From Octopus bimaculoides (Eukaryota): DNA of 42,080 nucleotides. Shown here one piece after another: positions 12,523 to 27,000 of the stretch (its first letter is position 1; every line of letters begins with the position of its first letter). The position numbers and the translations under genes are program-made. Where the stretch lies: the NCBI RefSeq assembly GCF_001194135.2, contig NC_068997.1:29733298-29775377 (forward strand), written 5' to 3'. Below the pieces are notes generated by a model that did not search any database, was not told where the DNA came from, and saw nothing but the letters and a program-made list of their open reading frames with translations.

Positions 12523-15500
12523 CAAACAGACAGACAGATAGAGAACATCCAACTGACTCAGTTAGCTACAATATTACTGGCAAAATTTTCTTTTGACGAG
12601 CCATTTCAAGTTTGTCTTGCTACCATTAACCCCCCCCCCCCAATAACCAAATAACAAATTCCATACCAACCTTTTTTGCTTGACTGGTGAGGTCCATTGC
12701 TATATCAATACCAGAAGCTCCACTTCCAAGACAAAGAACTGTCTTCCCCTTGAAAACTTCAGGGACCCTATAATCATGACTGTGTAAGAAAGACCCTTGA
12801 AACTGCTTGAGTCCCGGTATTTCAGGAATATTTGGTATAGAATAATGTCTGGAATGGACAACAGAAGAAACAAGAGACAAAACTTAATCATATTTTCAAA
12901 ACATTAAAATAGAATTGATTTTTTTTCCCTAATAACTTGTATTTTCTATCTGATAATTTATATTATTTTAATTATAAGAAAACTAATTTAATTAAGTTTT
13001 CATAACTTTTAATTACCCTACAGAAAAAAAAAACAATAAAAATAAACCGATACCAACAATATTGGATAATAAAAACTAAAGAATAAGGTGAACATGAAAA
13101 TTTGTTGGGTTACTTTTTCTTTTCTGTTGTTTTCATCTCACCTTCCAGTTCCAATGCAAGGTCCTGGATTTCAACATAAATCAACTGAGAAATGGATTAA
13201 TTGAATCCTGCTTCATTTATTTGTATTATAATTAACATCACTTTGTTGTGCTGCAGTGGTTTGTAAATATACACACAGAATTCTAAAAGCATCACATTTG
13301 TTGGTAAAGTTATTTTTCAAAGTGCTTTCAGAGTTGTATATTGTGGAGTGTAGCAGGAGGCATCTAGTGATGTTTTTCGTAGGTTTTTCACTTCATCTGA
13401 ATTTAGAAAGTGTTGTAGGCATAATTTTATTTATGTCATTGAATTTGTCTCTGAAGTGAGATCAGAGTGACATGTCCTGCCTTTTCTTTGTCTTTTTTTA
13501 TATATTTGGTACATCCAATTCTTGGTATATTTCTTTCTTCAGAGCTTTTAAACATTTAGTAATATTAGTTTTATAAACAGAATTTATAGCAAGCACAACA
13601 CAGATGGCATCTGTGATTATTGGTTTTTTTTTTTTTTATCTTTAATGCCAAAGGAATCAATATAACAACTTTCCAAATGCAAGATATAAGCAAAGAAAAA
13701 AACGAAAACCTAGACTATAATTTCCAATAAAAACATTTATGATAAAAATGTGAGTTCCTTAGTGTTTCGAAGAAATTAGCTGGAAAAAGATAGAAGGAAG
13801 ACAATGAAGAGGAAGGGGAAAAAAAGTGAAAGAGATGGAGGAATGTGGAGGGAAAGAGCGCAGAAAGCAAATGGGACAACATTTATTTAGATTAAAACAT
13901 GAACGGTGATGTTATCTGAAGGTAGTTGTAATAAAATAAAAAAAGGGGCCAGGTGACTATACAACTTAAGATTTATGTTAAGCTGTATATGCTAACTCAG
14001 AAGTATTATATAATATCCCTCTTATAGTAACTATTATCCAGGCTAGTCTTATGTAATTCTAAGAAGTGAAATATATAACAATACAATAAATTTATGTAGC
14101 ATATCTAGTCTGGCAGTACTTACTACTTGTCACAACTCTTATAGTGCCATTTTGTTAAGTTAATTTGAATATTGTAGGAATCACATTTCAGATAAAGAGG
14201 GGATGATTTCTGATAAAAGTTTATTTTTGCTGAAATTCTCAAAAGGTGTGCTAAACTGAAGTGGTTTCTTGTGAAACTATTTAAAGGTTTCACTTGAATT
14301 TTTGGGATGAGAAAGAAACTTAATTTCACTTTTGGATTTGGTTTGCAAGATTCTGTATGTGAGTTTGTGTGTTGAAGCATATTCTGTGATGTCTGGGGAG
14401 AGTCATTCTCTTTTGGTGCCTTATAATTCAATACACTCACCGATAAAATTTTCACTTATTTCTTTTTTATACTGGTGTGTGTGTTAAATTATAAGGCACG
14501 AAAACAGAATGACTCTCCCCAAGATAACATAAAAGGTGATTATATAGCATCGTTACAATGTTAGAGATATTTAAAAGAATAACATCCAGAAGCTGATAAA
14601 AGTAAATTTTGTAGGAGAGAGAGAGAGAGAGAGTATGCAGTTGTGTATTTCTATATTTTGGTCCATGAAGCAACATAACAAGGTGTAACTTGTAATGTTT
14701 GGGTTAAGATGAGTCAACATAGGATGGTAAAAGTTTAACCCTTTCATTACCAACCTGGCTGAAACCAGTTCTGACTCTGTAGTACAAATGTCTTGTTTTC
14801 ATAAGTTTTGAATTAAAATCTTCCACCAAACCTCAGTCACAATTTATGTTCTTAACATTAACTGAATGATCACTAAGTTTATTTTACTAAATTCTTTGTT
14901 ATATTTAAAATTAATTGAAAGAAACACAAAGCACCTCAACAGAAATATGGTAAGAAAAGGCTTAAAATATATAAAAGAGAAAGAATTCTTAACCCTTTTG
15001 ATACCAACCTGGCTGAGACCACTTCTGATTCTCTAGTACAAATGTCTTGTCTTCATAAGTTCTGAATTAAAATCTTCCACCAAACCTTAGTTACAATTTA
15101 TGCTCCTAACACTAGCTGAATAGTAACCAAGTTATTTTACTAAATTCTTTGTTATATTTAAGAAACACAGAGTTTCTCAACAGAAATACAGTAACAAAAG
15201 GGTTGAGGAGTTGGTTGCAATATCATTTGCTTCAGTCACTTTTCTGGACTTATGAATTGAAAGAGGTTTTGACATGAAGCAGAGGCTGGAGAGACTTGAA
15301 AGAATATGAAATCCATGAAACATCTGTGTCTAATCCATTCAGCTCAAAATGGTGACATTATCTTAATATATAAAACAGAGATTATGTGCGTGTGTGTCTG
15401 TTTCTTATGGATTCAAAAACTGAGTTGCTGATTTTGACATATGAGGTATCAGAAGATTCAGTACTCTTTCAGCTACCAAATAAAGTATGTTTTTTGCACA

Positions 15501-18500
15501 ACAACTCTCTTTTTTACTTCAAAAATAACCTTGAAAATGAGGTCAGGTCACGGATAGTAGAGTCAAGAGTAAGATATCAAATGTAACAATTTCATCTTGT
15601 TTACACAGATGTAACTGAGTTGGGATGCAATGAAGAGAATGGTCCAGCAAAAATGAGAGATGTCTTTTTTTTGGTAAAGAACCAGAAGATAAGCAGTTAG
15701 CAAGGTCTGAATGGCTGCACGTCATATATTACACATTAATCTCACATTTTGTACATTATGTTTGTAAGGCATCCACTTGGAGATGTATTTCAGGAAGTAA
15801 TTATTGGTGACTTCCTCCTTGTGTCGTAATCCTATCTTTGATGATTATAATCCTCTGGTAATTTATTAAATGGTTTGTTTCTGTTCCTGATTTAATTATT
15901 CATGAAGCATTTGTTCTGATGTAGGCAGTCACAATAGCTCATTTAATTAGCCAGTTTGAAACGAACGTGCAATAATTAGGTGGAGGTGGTTTGTGATAAG
16001 GAAACAGTTATAGTATCATATTAGTGCTGACGTTCAGGGATCCAACAGAATAAGATCTGAGGTTGCATGCACTAAAAGACACATATATATTGCATGCTGG
16101 GCGATGAGCCAAGAAAATAAATAAATAGTAACTTCAGTGGAGATTCACTGGTCAAAGCGTTTAAGGGGGAAAGAGCATTTCAACTGTGAAACATCATAGA
16201 ATGACTCTTCAACAAGGAAACTTTAGGTGAGATGTCAAGTCTGTATGCCAGAAGCAGTTTAGATGAAAGAAAGGTGTTGAGGAATACAGAGAGGAAATAC
16301 ATAAATGCAGTCCATAACAAGTACAGTAAACATAGAGTATATATAGATATGTACAAACTAAAATATAATAAACATTGAGTATATAGATGTAATGTATATA
16401 TAATATACATTTGCCATGTTGGACCGCTGAAATCTACAAGTTTTTTTCATTCTCTCTCGCTTTGTTTCCTCTTATGGTCGAAGCCAGCCCCCTCTGGCCC
16501 CTGTGCCGGTGGCATGTAAAAAGCACTCACTACACTCTCGGAGTGGTTGGCATTAGAAAGGGCATCCAGCTGTAGAAACGCTGCCAGATCAGACTGGAGC
16601 CTGGTGCAGCCTCCTGGCTTCCCAGACCCCAGTCGAGCCGTCCAACCCATGCCAGCATGGAAAATGGACGTTACTTAACTACCAGGGTTTCTATGATGGT
16701 ATTTATGCACACACATACACACAGATGTATCTGTGTTTGTGAGTGAGTGTGTGTGGTTTTATGATAGAATTTAAGAGGGAAGACATAGTTTTACTATAAT
16801 GCTTGTATATTTTAGCTCTATAATTTTCTATATATTATAAGAAGCACAAAGGAAGAAAAGTATGGAGATAGAGAAAGCGGGAGAGAAAGGAGAAGAGAGG
16901 GGTAGAAAATGAAGATGAAAAAAGGTTAATGAAAATATTTAAATAATTTTCCAAATCATCAAATAATTAAAATAAAAAAATATCTAGAGAGAAAAACAAA
17001 GAAAAGAATTTAGTTTTAAATTCAATTCATGGATTTTTAAAAACTGTTATTTGTTTAAAACTCATGGAGGTATTTAAAAAAATAATAATACTTAAAAAAA
17101 TTGAATATTAATTGTTGTTTAATAATTGGCTGAAGGCCATCGATATATTAGGCAGGGATTGAAGCTGGAGGCTGTCAAATAGTTTGATGGCTTCAAAAGC
17201 AATTCAAGATGGAGGCTTATTTCCTCAACCAGGAAGGAATAAAATATAAAAGTGAACACTCAGTGAAAGTTTAAACGAGTAAATAAGAGAAAGAGAACTT
17301 AGGATTTTAACCCTTTAGCATTTAAACCGTCCGTATCCGGCCCAAATATTCTACCTGTTTATGTTCAAACTGGCCAGGTTCAATCGTTCATAACTACCCA
17401 ATGATATCATTCTAAAAATGAACAATCACATCTTGATATCTTGAAGGTACAAGATAATTCAGAATTAATTCAAAACAATGTCAATAAAGAAGAAACACAT
17501 TTGACAGAGTAACCTGGATGCTAAAGAGTTAATGTGATGAGGAGTAAAATAGATACAAATAAAAGGATTCGGGTGGCACATAAAAGACACCATTTTGAGC
17601 GTGGCCGTTTTCGTGCAGGTGACACGTAAAAGCACCCACTACACTCTCTGAGTGGTTGGCGTTAGGAAGGGCATCCAGCTGTAGAAACTCTGCCAAATCA
17701 GACTGGAGCCTGGTGTTGCCATCCGGTTTCACCAGTCCTCAGTCAAATCGTCCAACCCATGCTAGCATGGAAAGCGGACGTTAAACGATGATGATGATGA
17801 TGATGATAAGTTCTATGAATCATAAATGGTTGTAAGAAGGAATCAAAAAGCAATTTAGAATCTGTTTGTTTGAAGGGTTACGTTTCTTCCTTGTGCACTA
17901 AATGGCAGCAAGGAAGATTCTATGTGAGTGATTGCCTAGCTGACAATAAGTCTCAAAAGAAAATACCCCACAAAAAGACTATATAGTATGATCTTGTCTG
18001 AAATACTTTTGATCATAAATCTGTTAAAGCAAGGACGAGGGGCAGTTAATTAGCAATAATGTCAATTTGTTTGCTTGCTGTTTTGTTGTTTTTTTTTGTC
18101 AATAAAGATTCTCTATTTTTGGAGGCTAGATAAATGAGATGATGTAATGTTTATTTCTTCTCAAAGACATCATAGGTAGAAGAGAAGTGAAACTAACTTC
18201 CAGCAAGGGTCAAGCCTATCTCCATACATGAAAAAAACCCTCCAATGATTACAAACTGGAGCACAAGACATGAAATATCAGGAATGATGGAGAGAAGTTG
18301 GTGAAACCAATTCACTATTTCATTAGTGTTTATTATATCAATCCTAATGTTGAAAAATGAAAGGCAAAGTTGACCCAGAATGATAGAATAATAATTCTAC
18401 AGTGTTTTAAGTTCATAATCCTACCCCTTTCTTCTCCAGTATATTTTATGAGCTTATAGCTTATACATATATGCATACAGGGTACAATGGGTAAATTGTT

Positions 18501-19300
18501 GCCATTTTATATTTTTAATTTCACACATGTGCATTGTTTGTTTGTGATTTGTTGACTACACACAGTATAGTAGGGTCAGTTGGGCACCATCTGTGAGAAA
18601 AACAGCACCAGAAATTTGGAAATGACATGCTGTACTGCTTGGCATTCGTGACAGAAGTTCCAATACAAACATTTCAGAGTGTTTGGGTGTCAGTCTGAGG
18701 ACATGTACCGAGAGTGATAAAAATCAAACATCATAGTATTTGGAGTGATCACTAGTGATGGCAACATTATGCCTCCATTCATCTTCCCACATGGCCTCAG
18801 ACTCAACACGGAATCCTACATCAAGTACCTGGAGAAGGTTGTATTGCCCTGGGTCAAGAGGGTGGCTGCTGGAACAGGACTCTGCACCATGCCACACAAG
18901 CAGGAGAACCCAGCCATGGCCGTCAGACAATTTCTGCAACCACATCACTCCTAACATCTGGCCCCCTAACTCCCCCAACTGCAACCCCCTTGACTATTAT
19001 GTGTGGGGTGTAGTTGAGCGAGAGACCAACAAAACTCCTTGTAACGTCAAAGATGAACTGAAGGCAAGGATTTTGGCAGCATTCACCAACTTAAACAAGG
19101 AGACCGTCCAGAAGAGTTGCAGGAGGTTCCGAAGTCGTCTGGAGGCTGTGGCTGAAGCCAATGGCGATTTTATTGAATAAATTTACTCTTTAGTATTTCA
19201 AGATATTTTTATGTAATTTTGGTAAATATATCTGTTAAAATGAGATGCCAGTGTTATTTTCATTTTTGCATAATTTAGACAACAATTTATTCACTGCACC

Positions 19301-19337
<37 letters not shown>

Positions 19338-20986
19338 CATATATAAAATAGTTAGGAACTACTGTTTAACCCAGCATTTCCCAAAATGGGATCTGAGGAA
19401 TTCTAGGATTCCTTAAATTAAAGGATTCTAATAAAACTTGATAAAATACTATTTTATAAAAAATGACATTTGCCATTTTCAAAATAAGTTACGTGTCATT
19501 TTTTAATGATAAAATTCTTCAAAACAAGTTTTGTTGAGGGTCTCTGCAAAATAACAGTATAGTTCCACAACTTTTGGGAAATCATGTGAAGGTTCCTTGG
19601 CAAAATAAATTTAAGGACCACTGCCCTAATAAATATGAAATATTAAAAATGTGAGAGGCTTATAAATTAAAGCTGTTGAAACATGTTTTCTTTTTTTTTT
19701 AATTGTTTTAGCTTATAAAATCACCTAAATAATTTTCTTTTTACTTTAATTAAAATGATTTAGAAAAGATTTAAAAATGAGGAAAAAAATATTTGAGGAA
19801 AAATGTTTTAAGAAAAATACTTTTTTAGTTTTATATATTAAAAATAAATTTATGAATAAAGAAAAACAAGATTATTTTTCTTTTTGTTCAGTGAATTACC
19901 CATTGCAAACTACGACAGAATCATAGTTTTCAGATGTAGAAGGTGCAGACGAGTCTCCGACGTTTTTGTATGTGACGCACCATTTTATAGAGCCAGTGTT
20001 TGTTGTAATCATTTCAACTCTTTCAATTTGCGTCTTTAACTGCAATATTTATGAATCATAAACCAGTTCAACATTTCAATGAACACACAATACATAAGTA
20101 AACCATTAAATAATTAATGAAAAATATAAGCAAAAAGAAGCAATGATTTGTAACAAATGTTTGTTTTATGTTATTGGTTCATTTTAATCTGTTTTGCATG
20201 TGTTTTTTCTCTCTCCTTTCACTCAAATGTCTCCAGTGTGAGACATGCTAAAGCAAGGAAGTTCCCATGATTCTAGATTGCATGTAAAAACATTTCCCAC
20301 ATTCTTTCCTCATAGAATATCCTCAATACACTACAAAAGACAATGCAGAACTCCACAAAGAATCCACCAAATATTTCTGTTAATTATTGTTTTTCAGTGT
20401 GAATGGGCTCCGGTGCAAGTCAGAATGTCTTTGAAATTGCAAGGCTACATTCCACACACACATGCACACACATATTCATCATTATCATCATCAAAGATCC
20501 ATTTTCCATGCTGATATGAGCTGGAGGGTTTGACAGAATCCAGCAAGCTGCAGGGCGGCACCCGAGCTCCAGTGCTTGCTTTGGTGTGGTTTCTGTAACT
20601 CAATGCCCTTCCTAATGTCAACCACTTTACTGAATCTACTGGTACTTCCTTGTCTGTAATTTCAATAACAAATGTCTTCAGTTTCTGATTGTAAAGCATC
20701 CCATGTCTGACTTCATGCTTCTCAGAGCTCAGCTTCTATTCAAGCATATCTCATACATCCATCTTTTCCCATTTGAATTGCTGTGTGTGCAGGCCTGGTT
20801 ATGTACTGAAGACATTTACTTTGTAAACTGTGTGGTTCTTAATTCAATCTTACCATAGTCCCAAGCTGATCAATAACTTTGAATGTGCATGTGTGTGTGG
20901 GAGGAGCGTATGTGTGCGTGTGTGTGTGTCTACATCCATGCATGCATGTGTTTGTGTGTGTTTGTGTGTGTATGTGTGCATCTATG

Positions 20987-21019
<33 letters not shown>

Positions 21020-24000
21020 ATACATACATGTATACAAATGTAGAAGCACATCTTTTGCCAGTACATATTAAGAAAGTATACAACAATTAGTAGGGAAACC
21101 AAAAAGCTAACGCGTTACAAAGTAAGTCACTTCATATATTTGTTCTGCATTGACTTAGAGATACTCTCTTCTCAATTCTTACTCTCAGAAATGCAAAGAA
21201 CCAGTGATTGGCTTGTTGGATGCCATATACAAAAAAATAAGTAAATAAAAAATAAATTATAGCTATATCATTCTTAATAATGGCTATGATATGGATAAGA
21301 TAATTGTTACTAGTGATAGGGATGGGAGATATGCAGGGATAACTTTATTTAAAAATCAATGTTATATAGATGTAAATAATGGCAAAATGTAAAAAAAAGT
21401 TTGAAAAAGTATCAAAATTAATTCTTTACAAAATGAAGTTGCTGATCCTTGATGCAAGGTTTGGGTCTTGAGTGGGAAAGTGAAAAGGGTTTTGCTGCTT
21501 AGGTTGTAGGCAAGTAAAAAGCCAAAATAACAAAACAAAAAGAAGGGTCAGAGGTATACAATTTCTAAAGACTTTCAAAAATTTAAAATTACACAAAAGT
21601 AATTACATGAATATCATAAACAGAAACAGCAATTAAAAGAAAATTGATAGAATTTGAATGGCATGAAAAACAGATTGGGTCATCTGAGCCAAACACCTAA
21701 GAGGGAAGCCATCAGCTCGTTTGAACTAGAGAACCTTATGGCACGGGCTGTAAATGCTATTTTTTTACAGCCAATAAATTATAACAACATAAAAAAATAC
21801 TTACATAAAAATCAAAAATTTAAACAATGTAAAACTGTAAAGAAAAAAAAAAACAAAGACAAAACAACAACCAGCCTCAGTAAAAAGACTTGTATGAAGA
21901 AATCCTCAAGTCTTATGAGGCATTCACGTGCTTGTAGTAGTAGTAGCAGCAGCAATGATAGTGGTGGTATGGGTAATAAATAGGAGTGATGTTGTTGTTT
22001 TGCCCCAAGTCAGCACTGATCACAAAGGATGTCTTTTCTTTAAAGGCCAGAAAATAATATCGTCCCCAGCAGTTAGTAACCCTCTGCAATGCTTCAAGGT
22101 GTCCCCATTGGAATGCAGTTCCTACATCTAGAATGGCACAGCTGCAGATAATGACCGCTTAGCTGGCACTCAAAGAAAGGCTACTCGACTGATTGGAACT
22201 GATTTCATGTCACTCACCAACACACTCCAACACCTCCTGATCCACAGACATCCTGATTCCTCACCACTTCTCTCGCTGTTCCTGAAATGGTTTCTCCTCA
22301 CAGCTTCTTGATCATGTGCTGCCATTACTACCACCACTACTGCTGCTTCTGCCACCAACACCAGCATCAGCACTACTGCCTTTGCAACAGAAACTTTAAA
22401 TCAATCTCAGTTAAACTCTCATTAACTGAATACATTGACTTCACTGATTTAGTTAATACTCTTGAGAAAGCTCTGAATGTCAATAAATTGTATCAAACAG
22501 TTCACATTGAACATTAGCTGTATTAAATTGATTCAAGTTCATCTCATCTTTCCATCTGTGAGTTGGCTGTTTTCTCCAGATCAACCAATGAAAAAGAAGA
22601 GCAATGACAATTCAAAGAGATTCTCGCATTGTAATGTAAAAGAAATTCTTCTTAGGAACCAGAGTCACTTTGGTAACATAATGGCCATTATGGCAGCACA
22701 AACATATAAATTCTGTTTTTTAAACAGTAAATATAACACTAAAAAAAAAAAAGAAAAGATTTCAAATTTTGGCACAAGGCCAACAGTTTCTTGGGGAGGA
22801 GTAAGTTGATTACATCAACCCCAGTGCATAACTGGTACTTATTTTATCAACCCTGAAAAGATGAAAGGCTAAGTAAACCTTGGCAGAATTTGAATTGAGA
22901 GTGTGAAGACAGACAAAATAAAATGCTTAACAGCATTTTGCCTGGCATCCAAACAATTCTAATAGCTTGCCACCTTAAATAATAATAATAATAATAATAA
23001 TAATCCTTTCTACTATAGGTGCAAAGCCCAAAATTTTGAATAGTTGATTACATCAACCCCAGTACTCAACTGGTACTTACTTAATTGACCCCGAAAGGAT
23101 GAAAAACAAAGTTGACCCTGGTGGCACTTGAACTCAGAATGTGAAGGCAGATGAAATGCTGGTAAGCATTTTGTCTGGCATGCTAATGATTCAGCCAGCT
23201 TGCTGCCTTCAAATAATAATAATAATGAAAAATAATAAAACAAAAAAAAAGAAGTATTTAATAATCTGTTATCAAAGAATTTTGAGTTAATCGTTTTGTG
23301 ACAATATTTCTGTTGGAGAGTATTGGATTTGGTTTCAATTAATTTTGGGAATGGTAAAGAATTTCGTAAAATAACTTTATTATAATTAAGCTGGTGTTTG
23401 GAATATAAATGAAAATGAATTCAGGTCAACTTTAAAGCCGAAAATTTGTATTAGAGAACCATGGATAGTATCAGGTGAGTTGGTATCAAAAGGGTTAAGC
23501 AATGAAAGAAAGGGGGAGAGAGTGAGGGGGGAGAGGGAGATAGTTGTATTTTCATAGAAAGAGAAAGAGAGAGAAAGAGGTGGGAGAGGAGAAATAGTAC
23601 TTACCTTGCTGTGAGCATAAAGGCCAAAATTATTTGCATAATCAATGAGATAGTCTTTGACATTGGTGTGATGGATAAAAGAAGGCAGATTCTGTGAGAA
23701 CTGGAAGTCAGGAAATGCCATCACCTCCTTGGGTAAATTGGTTCTAAATTGGTAAAGAAGAAGAATAAAAGAAAAGGTTGGAATATTTAAATACTTATTC
23801 AACAAAGCAAAAATAATATGAGCAGCATACGTCATCATCATCATCATTTAACATCTGTTTTCCATGCTGTCATGGGTTGGACGGTTTGACAGGAGCTGGC
23901 AAAGCTGGAGATCTGCACCAGGCTCTAATTGTGTGTTTTGGCCTTGTTTCTACAGCTGGATGCCCTTCTTAATGCCAACCACTTTGCAGAGTGGCACTGG

Positions 24001-27000
24001 CTGCTTTCTACATGGTGCCGGCACAAGTGCTCTTTATGTGACTCTAGCATGGGCTGTAAAGGACATGTCTGTGTGTATGGATGGCCACAGTTTTAGCTAC
24101 ACAACAACATACATATGTGTGTGTGTGTGTATGTGTATGCACACACATTCATATGTACATATGTATATGTATGCACGTGCACACACACACATGCATACAC
24201 ACGTCACTACTGGAAGATCTATTTAATTTTTATTATTGTTTTATTGTTTTATTGGTTTCAGTAATTCAATTGTGACCAAGCATAAAAGACTCAGTTCTGA
24301 CTTTAGACTTGTCCATATTTTATCAATCAGTATTTGCCAGTCTGCTAAGTTATGGGACATAGAATACTGATGTTGAAATTATTATAAATTAAACGCAAAC
24401 ACACGCACGCACGCACGTCTGTGAGGTTAAAAAGCTTGCGTTGGGACGATGTGGATTTAGGTTTAGCCCAACTGTATGGTACCTCTGGCCAATATCTTCT
24501 GCTATTAGTCCTGGGACGGCCAATGCCTTCTAAGTGAATTTGGTAAATAGAAACTGTGTGGAAGACCTATATATATATTTGCGTTCCCCCTCCCTGCTGT
24601 TTGACAACCGGTGGTAGTTTGTCTGCGTCCCAGTAACTTAGCGGTTAGGCCAAAGACTGATAGAATAAGTGTCAGATATTAAAAAGGAAATGCTGGGGAG
24701 CGATTTGATCCTTCAAGGCTGTGCCCCAGTATGGTCGGCGTCCTGTGGAGTGAAACAAAAAAAAAAAGAAAAAAGAAAAAAACGAAGAGATGTTCAGAAA
24801 TCTGCTCGCCCCAATTCCACGCAATCCATCTCAATATAAAAGCGCCAAAGACGCGTGACTAAAAATATTTGACGGAGACATGAAGAGTACACTCGCACTT
24901 GGTGAGGTGATCGTCAGGAACGGCCTCGTCTTCCACAGCAACAGATCTGCTTTACCTAATATGGGTCTATTCACGTGTGTGTGCACGTGTATGAGCGTAC
25001 CTTAGAAAAAGCGGACGCGCACACTTCTTGGCTATTTCTATGAAGCTCAGCTATTTCACAGTGCGTGCGTACGTTCGTGCGTAAATATATCTATATCTAT
25101 ATCTATATATATACACACACACACATACGTATATACAGACACATTATTTTTAGTTAATGTTACAAATATTTCTTCGCAGGTTACAGTCGAAGTGAAAGAA
25201 GGGGGGGAGGGGAGAGAGAGGAGAGAGAGGAGAGAGAAAGTCAGAGAGAGAGAGAGATAGAAAGAGAGAGAGAGAGAGATGAAAAGTCACAGCGACAATA
25301 AATGTTAAATACATGAAATCTTCCTTAGAGCTAATGTTAGCATCTGTAACATAAAGCTGTACTTTTGTTTTGTTTTTGTGTTAGACACACAGAAGATAAG
25401 AGTGTAACTGGCAGCATGTAGTTAGCATTAGTTCGACTTGTGAGTGATAGAATGTGTGTGTGTGGGTGTGTGTGTGTGTGCCCTGTCTAGTAAATTTGCC
25501 AAAAGTTCCAATCGAAGATCCGACACCTGTTTGAAGTCATGCTGTAATACAGCAATAATTCTAAAGCAAATGTTCACATTCACAGTTCAATTCTCGTCGA
25601 GGGTCAGCGTATTTTATTCTCCTTTCAGCATCGATTCTTTATTCTTTAAATGGTTTCGGTGGTCGGACTGCTGCCATGCTGGAGCAGTACCTTTATTTTC
25701 TTTCAGTGTAGCTGTCGTTTTATGTCTGGAAGAGTTATATCCTTAAATGGTTGGCTGGTCCAATAACTATAGCACAGCGTTCCGTTGCCTTTACATTTAT
25801 AGTTTCACTCATTCACAGACTCATTGAGTGCGCGCGCACACAAGGAATCTGTAAATCTGTATCTGTATACAGGAATCTGTATTTGTATGAATTTCAGCCA
25901 GCTACACCACTGCCTGACCAATGCAGCACTTGGTCATGGTCTCTGACCAATTGATCACACAGTCTACATCTGCAAGAATCCGGAAAATGGTCAGATAATT
26001 GTCGATCTCCTCCTCCTATTTTGATTTTCTTTTTTTCCCCCTCTCCTTTTCTCCTTCTAGTTTTGCCTATACATACATACATACATACATACATACATAC
26101 ATACATACGTAACAGTAGAAGTATATTTTTGTAACGGTTGAAATTAATTTGTAAACTTCTTTCTCCCTCTGACCAGTGGCACGTAAAAGCACCCACTACA
26201 CTCTCGGAGTGGTTGGCGTTAGAAAGGGCATCCAGCTGTAGAAACTCTGCCAGACCAGATTGGAGCCTTGTGTAGCCATCTGGTTCGCCAGTCCTCAGTC
26301 AAATCGTCCAACCCATGCTAGCATGGAAAGCGGACGTTAAACGATGAGGATGATGATGATGACGACGATGAATATATATATATGTGTATATATATAATAT
26401 ATAGAATAATAATAATTATTATGCACACACACACATATATATATAAAAGCGAAATTCTGTCTGTCCACCTGGGACCTCTGTATCTCAGTCTACGTTTGCT
26501 CTACATAGTCATATTATACCTTTTTGGAATTATGATGATCCCAGGACTGAAGATCTGCCCTTCATTTAGTCCTTGAACATCTAGCACTGGGATCAGATGT
26601 AAGAGCATATGAGTTGCTATTTCTAGCAAGTAAAGTGACTGTGAAAGGTTTCAAACGGTTTACAAAAGTTACTTCCCTTAGCTATTGCGAAATTCTGTCA
26701 GAAAACTGACCAAAACTGTGAATTCGCAACAATCTCTTCGTACTAACACCAAATGGTAAAACCAAAAATGTTGTTCATCCTGCTACAAAGACGAACACAC
26801 ACACACACACACACGCGCGCGCGCACGCGCACATATGGGCTTCTTTCAGTTTGCGTTTACCAAATCCATTCACAAGGCTTTGATCGCCCAATATGTCATG
26901 CAGTGCGACTGAACCCAGAATCATGTGGTTTGGAAGGAAACTTAACACAAACGTGGATACACTAATAGAAAGCCATGATACTGCAATTAGTATATTATCT

